Counted from the whole stretch's first letter, positions 23,558 through 36,637 are shown. The stretch: DNA of 63,789 nucleotides, filler included, from Choristocarpus tenellus KU-1152 (GCA_964200185.2; 13 parts of 13 records of this genome joined end to end with filler, not necessarily neighbours in it); one strand, 5' to 3'. Numbers and translations are program-made. Notes: generated from the sequence alone by a model not told the origin.

Positions 23558-24164
23558 TCTAATAATGCTGCTAACCCAAGTGTTAACGAAGGAATGGCAA
23601 GAGTGGACCGTAGATTCGGGAGCAATGGAACACCTCACATCCGACCCAATAGCAATGAAAAGTTATGAGGTTGCAAATGATGAACACTTACCTGTTGCAG
23701 GATACAGGAAGCTGGAAATTGAAGTCAAGCAACTAAATGGAGTCACAACCACCACCCTGCAGAAAGTTGCGTACGTACCTGAACTAGGCCTCAACTTGCT
23801 GTCAGCCAGTGAAGCGGCAGCGATGAGCGGAAAACATCGCATTCTACCCCGACAAGACATTTCTGGGAACAAAGAATGCATGGAGCTTCAGCAATGTCGA
23901 CTCGGGGCTGTAATTCATGGAGGTCAAACGGAGTGCGCACAAGCGATGGCCCTGGCTGTAACGTCTACAGTTCAGCACGACGTTATGCATCATGTATTAG
24001 GACATCCAAATGAGCAGATCATGAGAAAGACAGCAGCAGCAACTTGAATCATGCTGACGGGTGAATGGAACCCTGCATAGGGTGTTCTAAAGCCAAGGCT
24101 TACCGCCATGCAGTGCAAAAGACAACACAAACCAAAGCAATGGAGAAGCTTGGAGAAACTGGGT

Positions 24165-24353
24165 AGTGTTTTGATTACCGCGGTTGTTAGGAAGTGTCAA
24201 TATCCTTGCTCCGGACACACCTTTTCATAACGTATACAGTTTACCTACTCATAAAAGTTTCTAGGTAGGAAAATGTCGCAAGAAACCCGTGGGAAGCCAA
24301 GCCCCATACGGACAAAAACGGCAAAACTCGTACCCTCTAAGATACTTTCACTC
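24165..24353 (-). mobile_element. MITE family A, truncated copy
   Basis: gttaggaagtgtcaatatcc...taccctctaagatactttcactc. Confidence 0.8.
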
Positions 24354-24604
24354 ATTGATCTCACCCGACTGATGAAAATGACTGAGCTTTGGAGGAAAGT
24401 ACTGAGCCATGATCTTCATTGGTAACCTCAGACGGATAAAGTGGATATGCTTTCCCAAGGAGAAAAACGATACTACGGAGGAACTATCTGAAGAGCTCCA
24501 TCGCTGATGTTGCTGTACCTCAACAAAGTTGAAAGTTAGTACCATTCGCAAGGATAAAGGTGTGGAGTTAAAGTATCCAACAAATACTCAACAAGCTTGC
24601 CATA

Positions 24605-24728
24605 GAGCCAAAGTATCTTAGAGGGTAGGACCGCGTCCATTTGGGGGCCAAAATCCAATGCTGCAATTTCGATGTATTTTCGGTTATTGTGTTTGCTAGG
24701 AAGTGTCAATACCCTTGTTCCGAACACA
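24605..24728 (-). mobile_element. MITE family A, cut by contig end
   Basis: GAGCCAAAGTATCTTAGAGGGTAGG... Confidence 0.85.
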
Positions 24729-25337
24729 NNNNNNNNNNNNNNNNNNNNNNNNNNNNNNNNNNNNNNNNNNNNTTAATTAATTAANNNNNNNNNNNNNNNN
24801 NNNNNNNNNNNNNNNNNNNNNNNNNNNNTTCCAACCCCCCCCCCCCCCACCCCAGATACTTTGGGTCTTACCGAAAGCAACGAATAAGATACACTCAGCC
24901 TACTGCTGCGTCTCATGACCTTAGCATAAATTTCAAAAATATAGTCAATATTTTTTTGGATTAGACCACAACAATAGTACAAGTAGATGCTCAAAAACGA
25001 TCCCAGTTTCACTTAACTATGAGGTCGTATCATGATGTCAATCAATACATGTCTTCAGAAGATTAACCTGGAACTATATTACTCCGATGACTCCAAGATC
25101 GCAGTCGCATGTCCTATTCGGTAATATTCAGAAGGTATAAACACGAGTACATATATTCCAGTGATATATATCAATTTGCTCGAGGTTAGGAACCCATACT
25201 ATATACTCACGTCTATTACTTACGGTTGGTGGAGATTTAGACGTGGAGGTGAGAAGAGGATGATCTGTACCGGGGCCTGCTTTGAACGTTCTACATGTTT
25301 GTGGTTTAGGACCACGGCCACTTCAACTTGCACACAC

Positions 25338-26061
25338 CTGTGATGGCAGTGTCCACAACTGCACCGCCAGTCATATATCCTGCCACAAAGCCCGCGGGTC
25401 CTCCAACAGCCATACCCGTAACCCCCCCCAACAACGCCGAACTTGATCTAGTAGCAGCTCTCAAAGCCAGCTGTCCTGACCGTTTGTCCCCAGTAGCGTA
25501 GTGGAAAAACCCTTTGGCATGTCCAACAACGGGGGTGGAGTTGACTACCTTCGTGGTGATCATTTTCATATTGAGCAAGCCGTCTTTTCCAGTTTGTTTA
25601 GCCTTGGAAAAGTCACCCTTCACAGCGTATTTCATCGTCCGTATGCTTGCCACCAAGGGGTTATATCGTTTAAACGTCCTCATCGTATTTCTCGCCTCCT
25701 TGCGCTGGCCCACCAGGTGCTGTATGGGGGCCTTGAAGCACCCGAACAAGCTGTCCAGACCGCAAGGAACTTCCCCAGAGCCCTTCTCTACATACCCTTC
25801 TTGTTTTGAACCCTTTCTGGGCATCTGTCCTACTTTGTAGCGTTTAAAGTGAAAGGTGGAGGTAAGATTGTGTAAACATAAGGGCGTTTCTGGCAACACA
25901 TTCTGGTTGGTGGAGTTGTGATTGTCTTCCGAGTTGCGTAAGCTGAGAGCGCACTTGGCTAGCGCTAGGATTATATTGTCGAGCTCTCTGGTGGGAGGAT
26001 CAAGGATGGCCCCTCGCAGTACAAGACGACTTGCATCGAAGTCCCAGATATGGTGGCATCT
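25338..26061 (-). CDS. Uncharacterised protein with three PxV..K......GD...A helical repeats followed by a glycine-zipper hydrophobic hairpin (large exon)
   Basis: Open frame from acceptor gaagtag| (26061) to donor ACAG|gtgtgt (25338). Contains TPVVGHAKGFFHYATGDKRSGQLALRAATRSSSALLGGVTGMAVGGPAGFVAGYMTGGAVVDTAITG. Start codon and downstream exon unresolved. Confidence 0.75.
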
Positions 26062-26329
26062 CTACTTCCACTAGTCTAACAGCAAAACCTTGAAGTGGAG
26101 ACATCTCTATTCAACATGCAGTTTATTGTGATGTGAGATTTCTACAGTAGGGGCCCGTGTACTCACCCTTAACTTCCTCTGCTATCACAACGGAGAAGAT
26201 AGGTCTCTTTCAGTGCCTGCACCTTTCTTCGATATTTTCGTGTTTGTCTCCTTCCATAAGTGCAGCGATGGAAAATCTGGGTTAGTGAGTTTGGATTTTT
26301 TGAAGGATTGTAGATCCAAATTTAGGTTA

Positions 26330-27480
26330 GAAGATTGAATGAAATATGGTGATGGAACATACAATTTTTGATGGAGACAATGGGTTTGAGGCTGGCTTCC
26401 ACAAGAAAATGCATGAGCGAGTCCAAAGCAACAAATTGTTGAGTAAAATACCTTGACTTTTCCAAGTGTTGTTTCAAGACAGGGTCAATTGTTGATGATA
26501 ATTATTGCTATTATTGAAGATTTATTGTGGAAGGAGGATCCCGGTCTAAATTAGTTTCTTGTATGTTTTTGATGAAAATTTGGGAAGTGGGAACCATTGG
26601 ATTTGGTCGGGAAAAGTGGAGAATCCAATGATGAGCAAGATTCACTACATACTTTGGAGAGTATAGTGTGGAACCTGAACAAGGTATACAATAGCAGGGT
26701 TTGACAAGAAGCGAGAGTGGGGATAATTTTTTGAGCTCTAAAAGCGAGGTGGTGATGCACGCCATACGAGTTGATTTAAATTTGTGGTCCATGATACCAT
26801 TAGTGTGAAAAGGGTGCACTTACCATTTTCGAACCCTTGTGAAGATTCCTTGTCCTGTAGTGAATTTTATCTGTTATTGGCAACCATGGACTACCTTTCA
26901 CTTCAAGGGTCAAGCTTTCTCCTTGCACACCATTTCTCATTCACGAGTTCCATACTCATGACCGTTTGCACGCGCAGAAGCAATGGACTATCAATCTACA
27001 GGAATATATTGAGGTGCGGACTCACTCATGGAGGAACCACATCCAGGAATGGTGGGAGGGGTGGAACGTACTTGGTGGAATAGGAGGTTTCCCTTTAACA
27101 CGGGTGCGATGGAGAGTGTGGGAGTACAGGGATGTGATAACCAAGTAATAGGTGACATGTTACAGGAGGATTATAAGGAGCGCTTTCCTGTACGCCACAG
27201 GACCACACCATATATCAGGCACAAGTACTGTGTAGAAAACTTGTGATGAGAAAACCCCTGTCAAATTTTATCTTGGAAGCGAAGTGACGAGATTTGCTGA
27301 GGTAACCAAAGAATGACAGCCAGGGCAAACCAGTGTTTACGGTCATGCTGAAAACCAGGTATTATTTAAGGAGGTTTACCACAAGCTAAGCCCAGGGCCT
27401 TGAACCTGTGATACGCCTGTAGAATGAAGGCACCCTTCGAAACGCTCATCAGTCCCCACAAGAGCCCTGTGATTTATAAA
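26330..27480 (+). pseudogene. Possible decayed DNA-transposase (piggyBac-like) relic
   Basis: Fragmented frames with motifs in piggyBac-like order (SIVDD; KFGKWG; TMDYLS/FTS; TVCTRRSNGL). Heavily frameshifted. Confidence 0.3.
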
Positions 27481-28868
27481 TACTTTGTCTATAGCCGTGC
27501 CCTGGACAGGCCCGTATCCCACAACAGGACAGGTTGATGATCCGTGGACAGATAGACGATTTGGTTACCCCAAGAACAAGAGAGGGAAAAGTGCGTTCGA
27601 GGGTGATCTGAGGTTTGAAGTTGGAAGGTAGGGGTAGTTCTTCACCTTAGTAATCTAAAATCGATCTAAATTTGAAGGTCTAGTGAAGGGCGAGCTCAGG
27701 GACTAGTTGCTAGAGGGACTGTGGTGCTGTCTTGACTACCTCGATCCTTGATAGTATTGTTTGCCGTTTTTTGGGGAAGTAGGGTATTAGGCAAGCTGAG
27801 CTACTTCCAATTTGAACAATGAGAGTTAACTGTGATACAGATAGTTTAGATGGGGCAGTAAGAGCAATGTTGAATGTATTGTTAGCAAGAGCAAGAGTGG
27901 CAATAGTTACATGGTTTTTATACACTCACAATTGATTGTCAGTCACTGCGTAAGATAGATACCTTTCGTTTTCAACTAGAGCATGTAATTACAGAACCCT
28001 CCATAAGCTTACCATGATGGGATATGCAGATTCAACCCACAATCCTGTAGGGAAAAGAAGAGTCTCATAGACGGCACCTTAATGGAAATATCTTCAAGTA
28101 TGCTGAATCTTTAATCTTGATTATTCACTTTATTGCTTTCATTGGGATATATATTGAGTACTGCCATGAACGGTGAGGCAAATGTATGGCCTTACCATGC
28201 CTAAATATTAATACATCCAAGTAACAAAGAGGTACAATATTTAACATCTATGACTCGAGGTCATAATTTTGTTTTTGTGTTTGCCATTTAGACCCATCCC
28301 CTGTGACACATATTTGTGACCACCATTGTATCATTGTGTCTCGATTGTGAGTCAAAGAAAATGAGATGTACCCATTTGAAGGATGCTGACAAGTATGTGC
28401 AAACTTGTCTATTTTTTCAAATACTTGACTTTTTTTCTAGATTGTCTCAATTTTTTTCAAAAATCAAGAAATCAACGTTCTCAAGTCAACCTTACCACTT
28501 CATCCATAGAATTATGGATGAATTGTGAAAGATTTATAACTGCCTTAAAATGAAAATAGCCAATACGTGGATATCTACCATTTGCTTTGGCTCTGACTCG
28601 AAGTATCCGGGGGGNNNNNNNNNNNNNNNNNNNNNNNNNNNNNNNNNNNNNNNNNNNNTTAATTAATTAANNNNNNNNNNNNNNNNNNNNNNNNNNNNNN
28701 NNNNNNNNNNNNNNCCGTTCTTGAAGTGATCGAACAACATGCTGGCAGAAGAAGTAACGCCATTTTTCCCCAATAAGAGAACTCCCCCCCCCCCTATCAT
28801 TTTAATATCTGCTCTTCTTTTCCTCTGCCTCTACTTTCCTCCCTCCTCCTGCCGTGGTGTGTTAGCAG

Positions 28869-29201
28869 GTGTTAGCACACCGCCACCGTCATCCTGAAGA
28901 TCATCTCTTCTTCTCCCGCTTCTTTGAGCTCTTTATTGTCCATGAAGTTGTAAAGAAGACATGTTCAGAAACTGCTACACTTGTCCCAGGTTGGGAGCTA
29001 GCGGATCATGGTGGTCATTTGTTGGGGGAACAAACCAAATCCTCAACCTCCCCCCTGTCCCCGTCTCAGCAAATTCAGCAAGGACAGCAACATGTTGTGC
29101 TTCCAATGCCTCCTCTGAGATCGGCCAACACCAAGGGTGGAGCGAGTAAGGAAGCACTTGCGGATGTTCGCATCTTTCGTTTTTGGCACCGTGATCAATA
29201 G
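28869..29201 (+). CDS. Terminal exon, METTL21/Methyltransf_16-like lysine methyltransferase C-terminus
   Basis: Acceptor gttagcag|. VLAHRHRHPEDHLFFSRFFELFIVHEV...VRIFRF* fits the 'LAxRxR..E..FF...F.V...IF' tail of this family. Confidence 0.5.
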   Translation: MLAHRHRHPEDHLFFSRFFELFIVHEVVKKTCSETATLVPGWELADHGGHLLGEQTKSSTSPLSPSQQIQQGQQHVVLPMPPLRSANTKGGASKEALADVRIFRFWHRDQ

Positions 29202-29370
29202 AAATGTATATTCACATCAATGAGGTTTGTGTACGAGTCAGTTTCAGTGCCCTGAAACCTTGTATTTTTTTGGGCTAGTTGCCTTACTATTTCTTGTATA
29301 CACAGTTACATATTTATTTTCCACCGTTTATGGTTAGGATTTGGTGCAGCAACTGTGGTAGTAAATATCA

Positions 29371-29545
29371 GGGTCGAAGTATCTGGGGGGGGTGGCGACT
29401 GTCCATTCGGGGTCATTTTTTCCATGTCACGATTTTTGAGTGATTTGGTTGCATGCGTCAGACGGATAATGTGAGTGCATTTTTCCTGATCAGGGCCTGA
29501 ATGGAAACCCTGGTGTAGACCCCTCCCCCCCAGATACTTTGAGCC
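29371..29545 (+). mobile_element. MITE family B, full-length
   Basis: GGGTCGAAGTATCTGGGGGG ... CCCCCAGATACTTTGAGCC, flanked by ATCA/ATCA. Confidence 0.9.
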
Positions 29546-31222
29546 ATCAATGGTATTAAATTATTGATGAGAAATATCTACTCCCATTTAAGTGGTCTCC
29601 ATAGTTGTTCGAGGAAGTATTAAATGACACGCCGTATCTCCAACCTGGGACTCCTTGAAGTAATTTTTTCCTTCCCTTTGAGGGTGTATACAAGAGTCAA
29701 ATTTAACTGATTAAGATCACAACGACAATGAGAAAGTGCGAGCTTTTGAATTGCTTTTTATTCAGTATTCGTAATGGCAGTGCAGTTGGTCGTGCTGTTT
29801 GTATTTTGATAGTAATCTTGCCTCAATTTCAAATCAATTTCGTAACCCTGACAAATAGATGCTAGTATTACAAAGGGAGACAGCAAAATATATAACCATA
29901 ACTGAAGGCATGCTATGGGCAATGGACATTATGTATGGGCACAATTCTTGACAGGCCCGTGCCTTTACCACCTTGCACATGACACACACACGTATTTGTT
30001 TTCAATGACCCAGAAGGAAAATGGAACACCTTCAAGAAATCTTGTTCCGGCTCAGATTAATCAATAGTTCCTAAATAGCGATTTTGGAGGTTACGAGAAT
30101 GTGTCTTGCTTCACAATTGCACCCACCCCTTTGTACAACATGCGTACATTTCTAAGGATGTCTTTCCAACTTTGACTCGAGAGGGTTTATTTCTGTGTGG
30201 AACCTTTCGATACAATTCAGAAAATGCCCTTAGAATTTTAACAAAACCTGAATTTTACTTTGACTCCGCGTGCTTCCACACCTCACAACCCCAATCCTAA
30301 CCTGTAACATTAGCACAGACACAAAACAATTCATGGATAATATTAAAAAATAGGATATGTCCACAAACTTATTTGTAATGGTTGACCGAATTATGCATCA
30401 TGTTCAACAATTTAGAGAGGATCAATCGACCAATGGTGTGAAGGTTATATGGTGGACGAACTAGCAATGAAATTTTACTCTGGATTTTAATTAGCGACTC
30501 TGCGGTCAAGGGATCCTGCGCTATGAAGCTATCACACACCAGATAGCAATAAATGAAGAAAATATGTTCCAAACTTGGGATTCGACGGAAAGGAGTTGCT
30601 ATATATGCACCACACATCATGCACAGTTAAGACAACACAAGGGGAAAACATACATAATCGTCATTGAGTGAGGTAGGTACAATATATCTAATAAAGACAA
30701 CAGAGCGTGGACAAGAACATGACATGGCACAAGATCGGGTCTCATTTAAGCAAGCTCCCCACTACTGAAAAACTGCACTCTGCATGAAATTTCACGCCTT
30801 TTCCCTCTAACAAAATTGAACAACGAAGACAAAGTTTATTCCTATGAAATGTCGCTGTGGCTTTCAATCACTTTGAATTTGAAAGATCCAAATGCACTTG
30901 CCCCAACAAGCGCTGGAGAAGATATCGTCTCTGGAGGAACATCCGAGGAGAATACAATGTCTGAGGAGGATGCTGTGGCGACTGGAGGGCATACTCTTGG
31001 ATGAGTTACGGGAGATGCCATCGACCCAAGGGGGACTGATGAGGTGGAGAGGCCTACCTCAAAGATACCCAGAGTTGCTGTCAATCTTGAATGGTCGACT
31101 GGAGTGAAGGCAAAGTCAGAGGAGGATATTGTGGCAACTGATGAGCTAGCCTTTGCTGGGAATGCAGCATATCTCAGTACCTTGTGGGGCCGAGTGGGGG
31201 AGTGAGCCATACTATGCGTATT

Positions 31223-31482
31223 GAGCCAAAGTATCTTTGAGGGTAGAGCCACGTCCATTTGGGGGTCAAAATCCAATGTTGTAATTTCGAAGTAATTTTG
31301 GCTATCGTGTTTATTAGGAAGTGTCAATATCCTTGTTCCGGAAACACCTTTTCACGACATACGCATTTTACCTACTCCGAAAATATTTTGGAGTGGGAAA
31401 ATGTCATAAAAAAACCCGAGGGAAGCCAAGCCCCAAATGGACAAACAGGGCAAAACTCGTACCCTCTAAGATACTTTCACTC
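31223..31482 (-). mobile_element. MITE family A, full-length
   Basis: GAGCCAAAGTATCTTTGAGGG ... CCCTCTAAGATACTTTCACTC, flanked by TATT/TATT. Confidence 0.9.
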
Positions 31483-32318
31483 TATTGACATTTATCACCT
31501 CGTATCCTTCTGAGAGTCGAACCACCAACATCGTACATCCAAGTTGTCCACTTGGAATATTGTTGTCTTCAGAGCAATATTCAATCCTTCTCAGAATGTG
31601 AGGAAGGAGAATATGTGCACACATTGTATATTTGATCTCATCGTCTGCTGTGTTCATTCTTGATTATATAGCACACACTGGTGTTTTCACGCATCGGAGT
31701 GTTGATCAAAATCATCGCATAACACTTGTATAGCAACATCAGATCACAAGACAAACTTGTCCAACAGTTTTATTGACATTGTATGGTGTTTGCTCCTCGT
31801 ATCCCCATTCTGAGTATCCTCTATTTGTACAAGATACAAGAGACCTACCTACATGCTGGCCACATATATCTCTTGACTCGCATTCAGGCTGACCACATTG
31901 CTGATCACTTGCCCTCGGACCTTGATCATGAGCTTGATGCAATACTGATCACATCCATCAACCTCACTCATATTTTGGCTGACTAATATGCTGATTCCAT
32001 ACTCTCAGACCTCGTAACTTGATTGGTATGCTGACTACATACCATCAACCTTAGGCTATTGATATCCTGATGACATATTTATTGATGTTTTGTTTATATA
32101 TATTTCACTTCATTTTGTATTAATGAATTAATGAAATACAATGGTTCAATAGTATACTCAGAGTCACACATGCTTCCCATTTTGCTCCTACTACCTCCAT
32201 GCCATAATTCTGTGCCGCGTTGTCCATAACGTTTGAAGATGTTGACGAAATTCATTTCTTAAAAAAGATTTGGAATTCTCGACAAATTTCTGGTTAGAGT
32301 CAGCTCTTTTTATTATTC

Positions 32319-32648
32319 TTACTCCCCATCCACTACAACTTTATCGGCCACAGAAAAAGCCTCCATGTCTACCTTCGGCATGTTTTCAAGCTCACCAGAC
32401 AACTGCCTCTTCCTTACCCCTGTGTGCTCTACACTAAAGTCATTCCCCCCTTTGTATTTAAATACTTGATTGTATACCACAAAAAGGAGCTGCAGAGCCC
32501 TCTCAAGTGTGGTTTCATCATACTCCTCATACTGTTTCTTAATGACCTTCACGATCTCCTCGACGGACCTAAATCGCTCCCACATCACCCTCCATTTCAA
32601 AGACCTGAAGAATCACAGGTCCATGATACTGAGGTTGGGGGAGTTAGA
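32319..32648 (-). pseudogene. Tc1/mariner (plant-type DD39D) transposase C-terminal relic
   Basis: SNSPNLSIMDL*FFRSLK...VEEIVKVIKKQYEEY...LERALQLLFVVYNQVFKYKGGNDFSVEHTG matches the PNSPDLNxLDLGFF...GGNxYxxPH tail of DD39D mariners. In-frame stop, and interrupted by MITE A. Confidence 0.8.
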
Positions 32649-32905
32649 GAGTGAAAGTATCTTAGAGGGTATGAGTTTTGCCCTGTTTGTCCATTTGGGT
32701 CTTGGCTTCCCATGTTTTTTTTTATAACATTTTCCTACTCCAAAAGGTTTTGGAGTGTGTAAAATGTGTATGTTAATAGAAGGTGTGTCCAGAACATCGA
32801 CATTAACACGTCCTAAACACACACAATAGCCAAAATTACATCGAAATTGCAACATTGGACTTTGGCCCCCAAATGGACGCGGCTGTACCCTCCAAGATAC
32901 TTTGG
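32649..32905 (+). mobile_element. MITE family A inserted into the mariner transposase
   Basis: GAGTGAAAGTATCTTAGAGGG ... ACCCTCCAAGATACTTTGG at contig end. Confidence 0.88.
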
Positions 32906-33005
32906 NNNNNNNNNNNNNNNNNNNNNNNNNNNNNNNNNNNNNNNNNNNNTTAATTAATTAANNNNNNNNNNNNNNNNNNNNNNNNNNNNNNNNNNNNNNN
33001 NNNNN

Positions 33006-33487
33006 GGTTCATCCTGAGGTGATGGTGAGGGCAAAGCCCGGAAGGTACGAGATACTTTGGTACTGTATTTGTGTTTTTTTTTCGTCCCCTCTTCTTCTTG
33101 GGTTCGTCTGACAAGAGTGATACACTTCTGATCTTGTTGTGTTCGTAACCTTGGATACTCAAATTGCCATCACCACTCTTTGTATCAAGGAATTTTGATT
33201 CTAGTTTTCCGAGACTTGTTGAGCGCATGATGTATCTGTTGTAGAGTATTTCGCTTGCTTGTAGTCTTGTTTATTGGGTTTTCGTGGAAATGACACGGCT
33301 TAGAGGAGAAGCAATTTCTTCTTCTATAGTGGGAGACCTTTCACCCACATAGCTGAATACATCTTCGTTTCCTTGCACGCATCTCCACCAGTACTCACGT
33401 TGGTTGTAGTGCAGTACTTCCGTGTTGTGCTACCTGTATTGGGACATTGTTGGGATGACTCTTAGTGGTCAGTGGGAGACTGTGTCC
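33006..33487 (-). CDS. Two phase-compatible exons of a hypothetical low-complexity protein with NLS-like PKKKRGRKK
   Basis: Exon ~33487-33399 (gcag|...AC|gtgagt) and an exon from ~33235 (acaacag|) to the contig end. No recognisable domain. Confidence 0.35.
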
Positions 33488-36416
33488 TGCATTACCATTT
33501 GCTGTTGACAATGTATCGGTCTTTGCTTGGGGCTTACGCCAGAGATTCCTGGCTTTTTATTACTAAGAGGATTGTAATATAGGGATACCTCAGCTGACAT
33601 CTTTATTTTTTTTCCCCCCTTTTGCAATTTGCACTAACTCCTTACCTACGACCCCTCATCCCTCCCTGTTCTCCTGCTGAATGTGATAATACGTACAGCA
33701 CTCGCTTTTATCGTATGTTGATATTGTTATGTTATGGTGAAAATGATACCAACCACAATGTTTTCTTGATGATTTTAAGACCTGAAATTTAGCCCAATCT
33801 TTGACCTTAAACTTTGTGCATGTTTGATGGAGTCACCACTTTGGAAGTATCAGGAAGTGTTGCCCAACCCTTGGGATTGCGTGTTCCCTCTTTCCCTGCT
33901 CGTCTGTTGATACGTTCTCAGCAGTGCTTGGTATTTGCTAGAAATCAGTGGAGAGGGAGTGAATGTGTACTTCGTGATTTTATTGTAAATTATTGTGAGA
34001 ACAGTGGAGATGCTTATGCTGGGTTTCTTTGCAATGATATTTTTGTAGGCCTGTACTGTGATCCCAGTAGTAATTCAGAGTATTGTAAGACACACCAATA
34101 TTGCGGTAGAGGTATTGACCCTCCAAAAGACAACATTTCCACAAATGATTAGTGCTGCATTCAGCTAATAGGATGCATTCACTCTGAAACCCCCTGCCCT
34201 ATCAATCTTAGCATGGGTTGTGTCCGCCCAGGAAGTCTACTTTTCTATGTTGCTTGATCTCTCTTGCTGTCTCACCCGTTCTACGCATATTCACTCTCTA
34301 GGTTGGAGGAGAGTATCACCAACAGCTGTCCCTGTTGTCTCTGCCTGCTCAGCTGTCAGTGCCGCTGAAGATACGTAAGAATTCACATTCGAACTTGAAA
34401 CAGAGATGTGTTGGCGAGAAGTACGAAGATGTAAATCATTCATGATAGGCATTTGTTCTTAGTGTGGTGTACTCATCATCAGAGTACTAGGTCTCTGCCG
34501 GCGTAGTGCCCACCATTGAAGTCTCTTATTGACAGCATTGCCACCAGATTGGTGCTATTCTTTTGTTGTTGAGCCATGCTCATTGCAAGGGATAGGGTTA
34601 AGTTAGGGGAGTGTAGCAGTCAAATAATCGTCACAGTAAGTAAGTGGGATCGTTTTTTTTCTGTTGGACATTTCGCAACTACTATAGCTCTGCCGTTCTG
34701 TCACCCATGCCACTGTTTTGGTTACATTTAAGGCAGAGGCTGCTTGAACTACGAGGAAGGAGAGGAGGGGTAGACTTGATCAGCACATGGGTGGACAGTG
34801 TAGCATATGTAACACTCCAGTTTATTGTGCGTGCTTGTTCACAAATTTCGTGCCCTTACACTTTTTTTAGTGTTCATTTTTGTCTGTTTTTTAGGGCCGA
34901 AAGGACTTCAGACTGATGGATTCCATCTTCGGACTGTGGACTGATATTGAGTAAGCGCTTGCTTGCTTTTATACCTTTGATACATAAGTTCAGTTAGTGT
35001 GGTCGTTGCTGCTTACTCTGGTATTATTATTAGATCTTTCTGAGGTGTCCCTACACAGTGATGCACCAGACATGCCAAGATCGAAGGATGAAGGGCATGC
35101 TATGAAAAGCAACGAATAATAAACCATGCATTATTTACACGTTACTTACTACCTGTTACGTATGTTTTTTCTTTTTATGGAACGAATACACCCAGTAAAA
35201 TAGCCTATGTGTATTAACTACTTTTTCGTATTGGGTCAGTAGGCCTGCAACTATTCCTACCCCTTCCATTTCGGTATCACTCGTAACTATAGGTAAGAGT
35301 TCTATGTATATGCGACAGCGTTGTCACAGCAACCTGACAATGGTGATGATGGAAGGAAGGAAAGGGTGGCACAACCCATAAGAAGTGCCCAAATTCTCTT
35401 CGTATGTTTCTGAAGACTAGGGAGGACAATGGAGTATTCCCTAATTGATTGATTTGATTATTAAGGCATTTCCATGTTGGACAAAAACGGTGATAGACCT
35501 AATTTGTGCTTTGCACATAATCAGGAGAAGAAAAGGCATGAATAAACATTTTTATGCGAGGTTCAAGCAGTGGTGAAGATGTACAAATCACTTCTACCCA
35601 GAAATCTTGTACCACAGACCATGTACGGAGTACAACTCAATGTTGATCAATGGTGGACAAATCCCGATTTGTCGAAATAGCCTTGTTGGTTACCCACTAC
35701 ATATACGATTTATACTCAAGTAGATGTCGCTCACCATTGTATCAACAGACACACACACACACACACACACACATATATTACTTGTCCTTATTCCTCGGGG
35801 GAAGAATATTGTTGTGCATTGATGATCTGTCCCTACCTCATTTTGATGCACAAAATCTTACCTTTTGGTTGAAGATGAAAAAGAACGATCTTCTTGTAGA
35901 AACCTTTTGTTCTCATTTAGTAGGAAAGATGAATCGCGTGCAAGTCTTAGGTTGTGATTTTGATGGGAAAGAATAAGTGTGTACTAATGTTATATTCTCG
36001 AATATAGAGGGAAAAAAAGTGAATACAAGTCTTCAGTTACTGCTACTACTGTCATTAGATATAGTCAATGCTTGGTTCCATTGTTGTTCCATGATGACAC
36101 TATAGTGAAATAATGCATCCCCCACTTCCAAACCAGCACATTATAGAAGCCCCATTGGAGTCCTGGGTGACACTCTAGTGTGTCCAGTTGGGGTCCCCAA
36201 ACCTTTTTTAGTTGAAGTTGAGAGTATGTAGTTTATTATTTTTATTTTATGTCGTCTAACATCTTGCAGATGTGTAGGAGAAAAGGTGAATTCAATCATA
36301 TATTATTCAGTATGCAGTAGGTGACCCGATTTTGTTCACTCCTGGCCATGCCCGAAAAAAGCGGTACATAATTGATGTGGTACAATATCGTTTTTGTACC
36401 ACTTGGTACAAAACCT

Positions 36417-36637
36417 GGAAATCAATCGTCGATTCGACTAACAATCGTGGCATTTGTAGGAAATCAATCGTGGAATCGAGTAATTAATCGTGGTGAGCTG
36501 GGAAATCGATTGTCGAAGCGACTGATTAATCGTGGTGAGCTGGGAAATCAATTGTTGAAGCGACTAATTAATCGTAGCGAGCTGGGAAATCAATCATGGA
36601 ATCGACTAATTAATTGTGGTGGGCTGGGAAATCAATC
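36417..36637. repeat. 42-bp degenerate tandem repeat (~5 units) rich in AATCG/ATTAAT palindromes
   Basis: Units start GGAAATC at 36417, 36459, 36501, 36543, 36585 and 36627. Confidence 0.85.

Larger units (their letters stand above)
21711..24160 (+). mobile_element. Decayed Ty1/copia LTR-retrotransposon gag-protease-preintegrase region with nested MITEs
   Basis: UBN2-like gag (MDLGEESNKFTLWIDDITNDL), zinc knuckle RCYICNHHGHIARN|CP split by a MITE, protease WTVDSGAMEHLT...VAYVPELGLNLLS, GAG-pre-integrase MHHVLGHPNE...C..C.KAK. Many stops. Confidence 0.88.

Noticed and set aside
23415-24047. 210-aa ORF as an intact gene
   Set aside because: Chimeric: the first ~48 codons are MITE A2 sequence read into a frameshifted copia protease.
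30816-31205. Acidic repeat-like ORF (SEEDAVATG/SEEDIVATD)
   Set aside because: Interrupted by a stop with no clear splice sites. Probably a TE linker relic.
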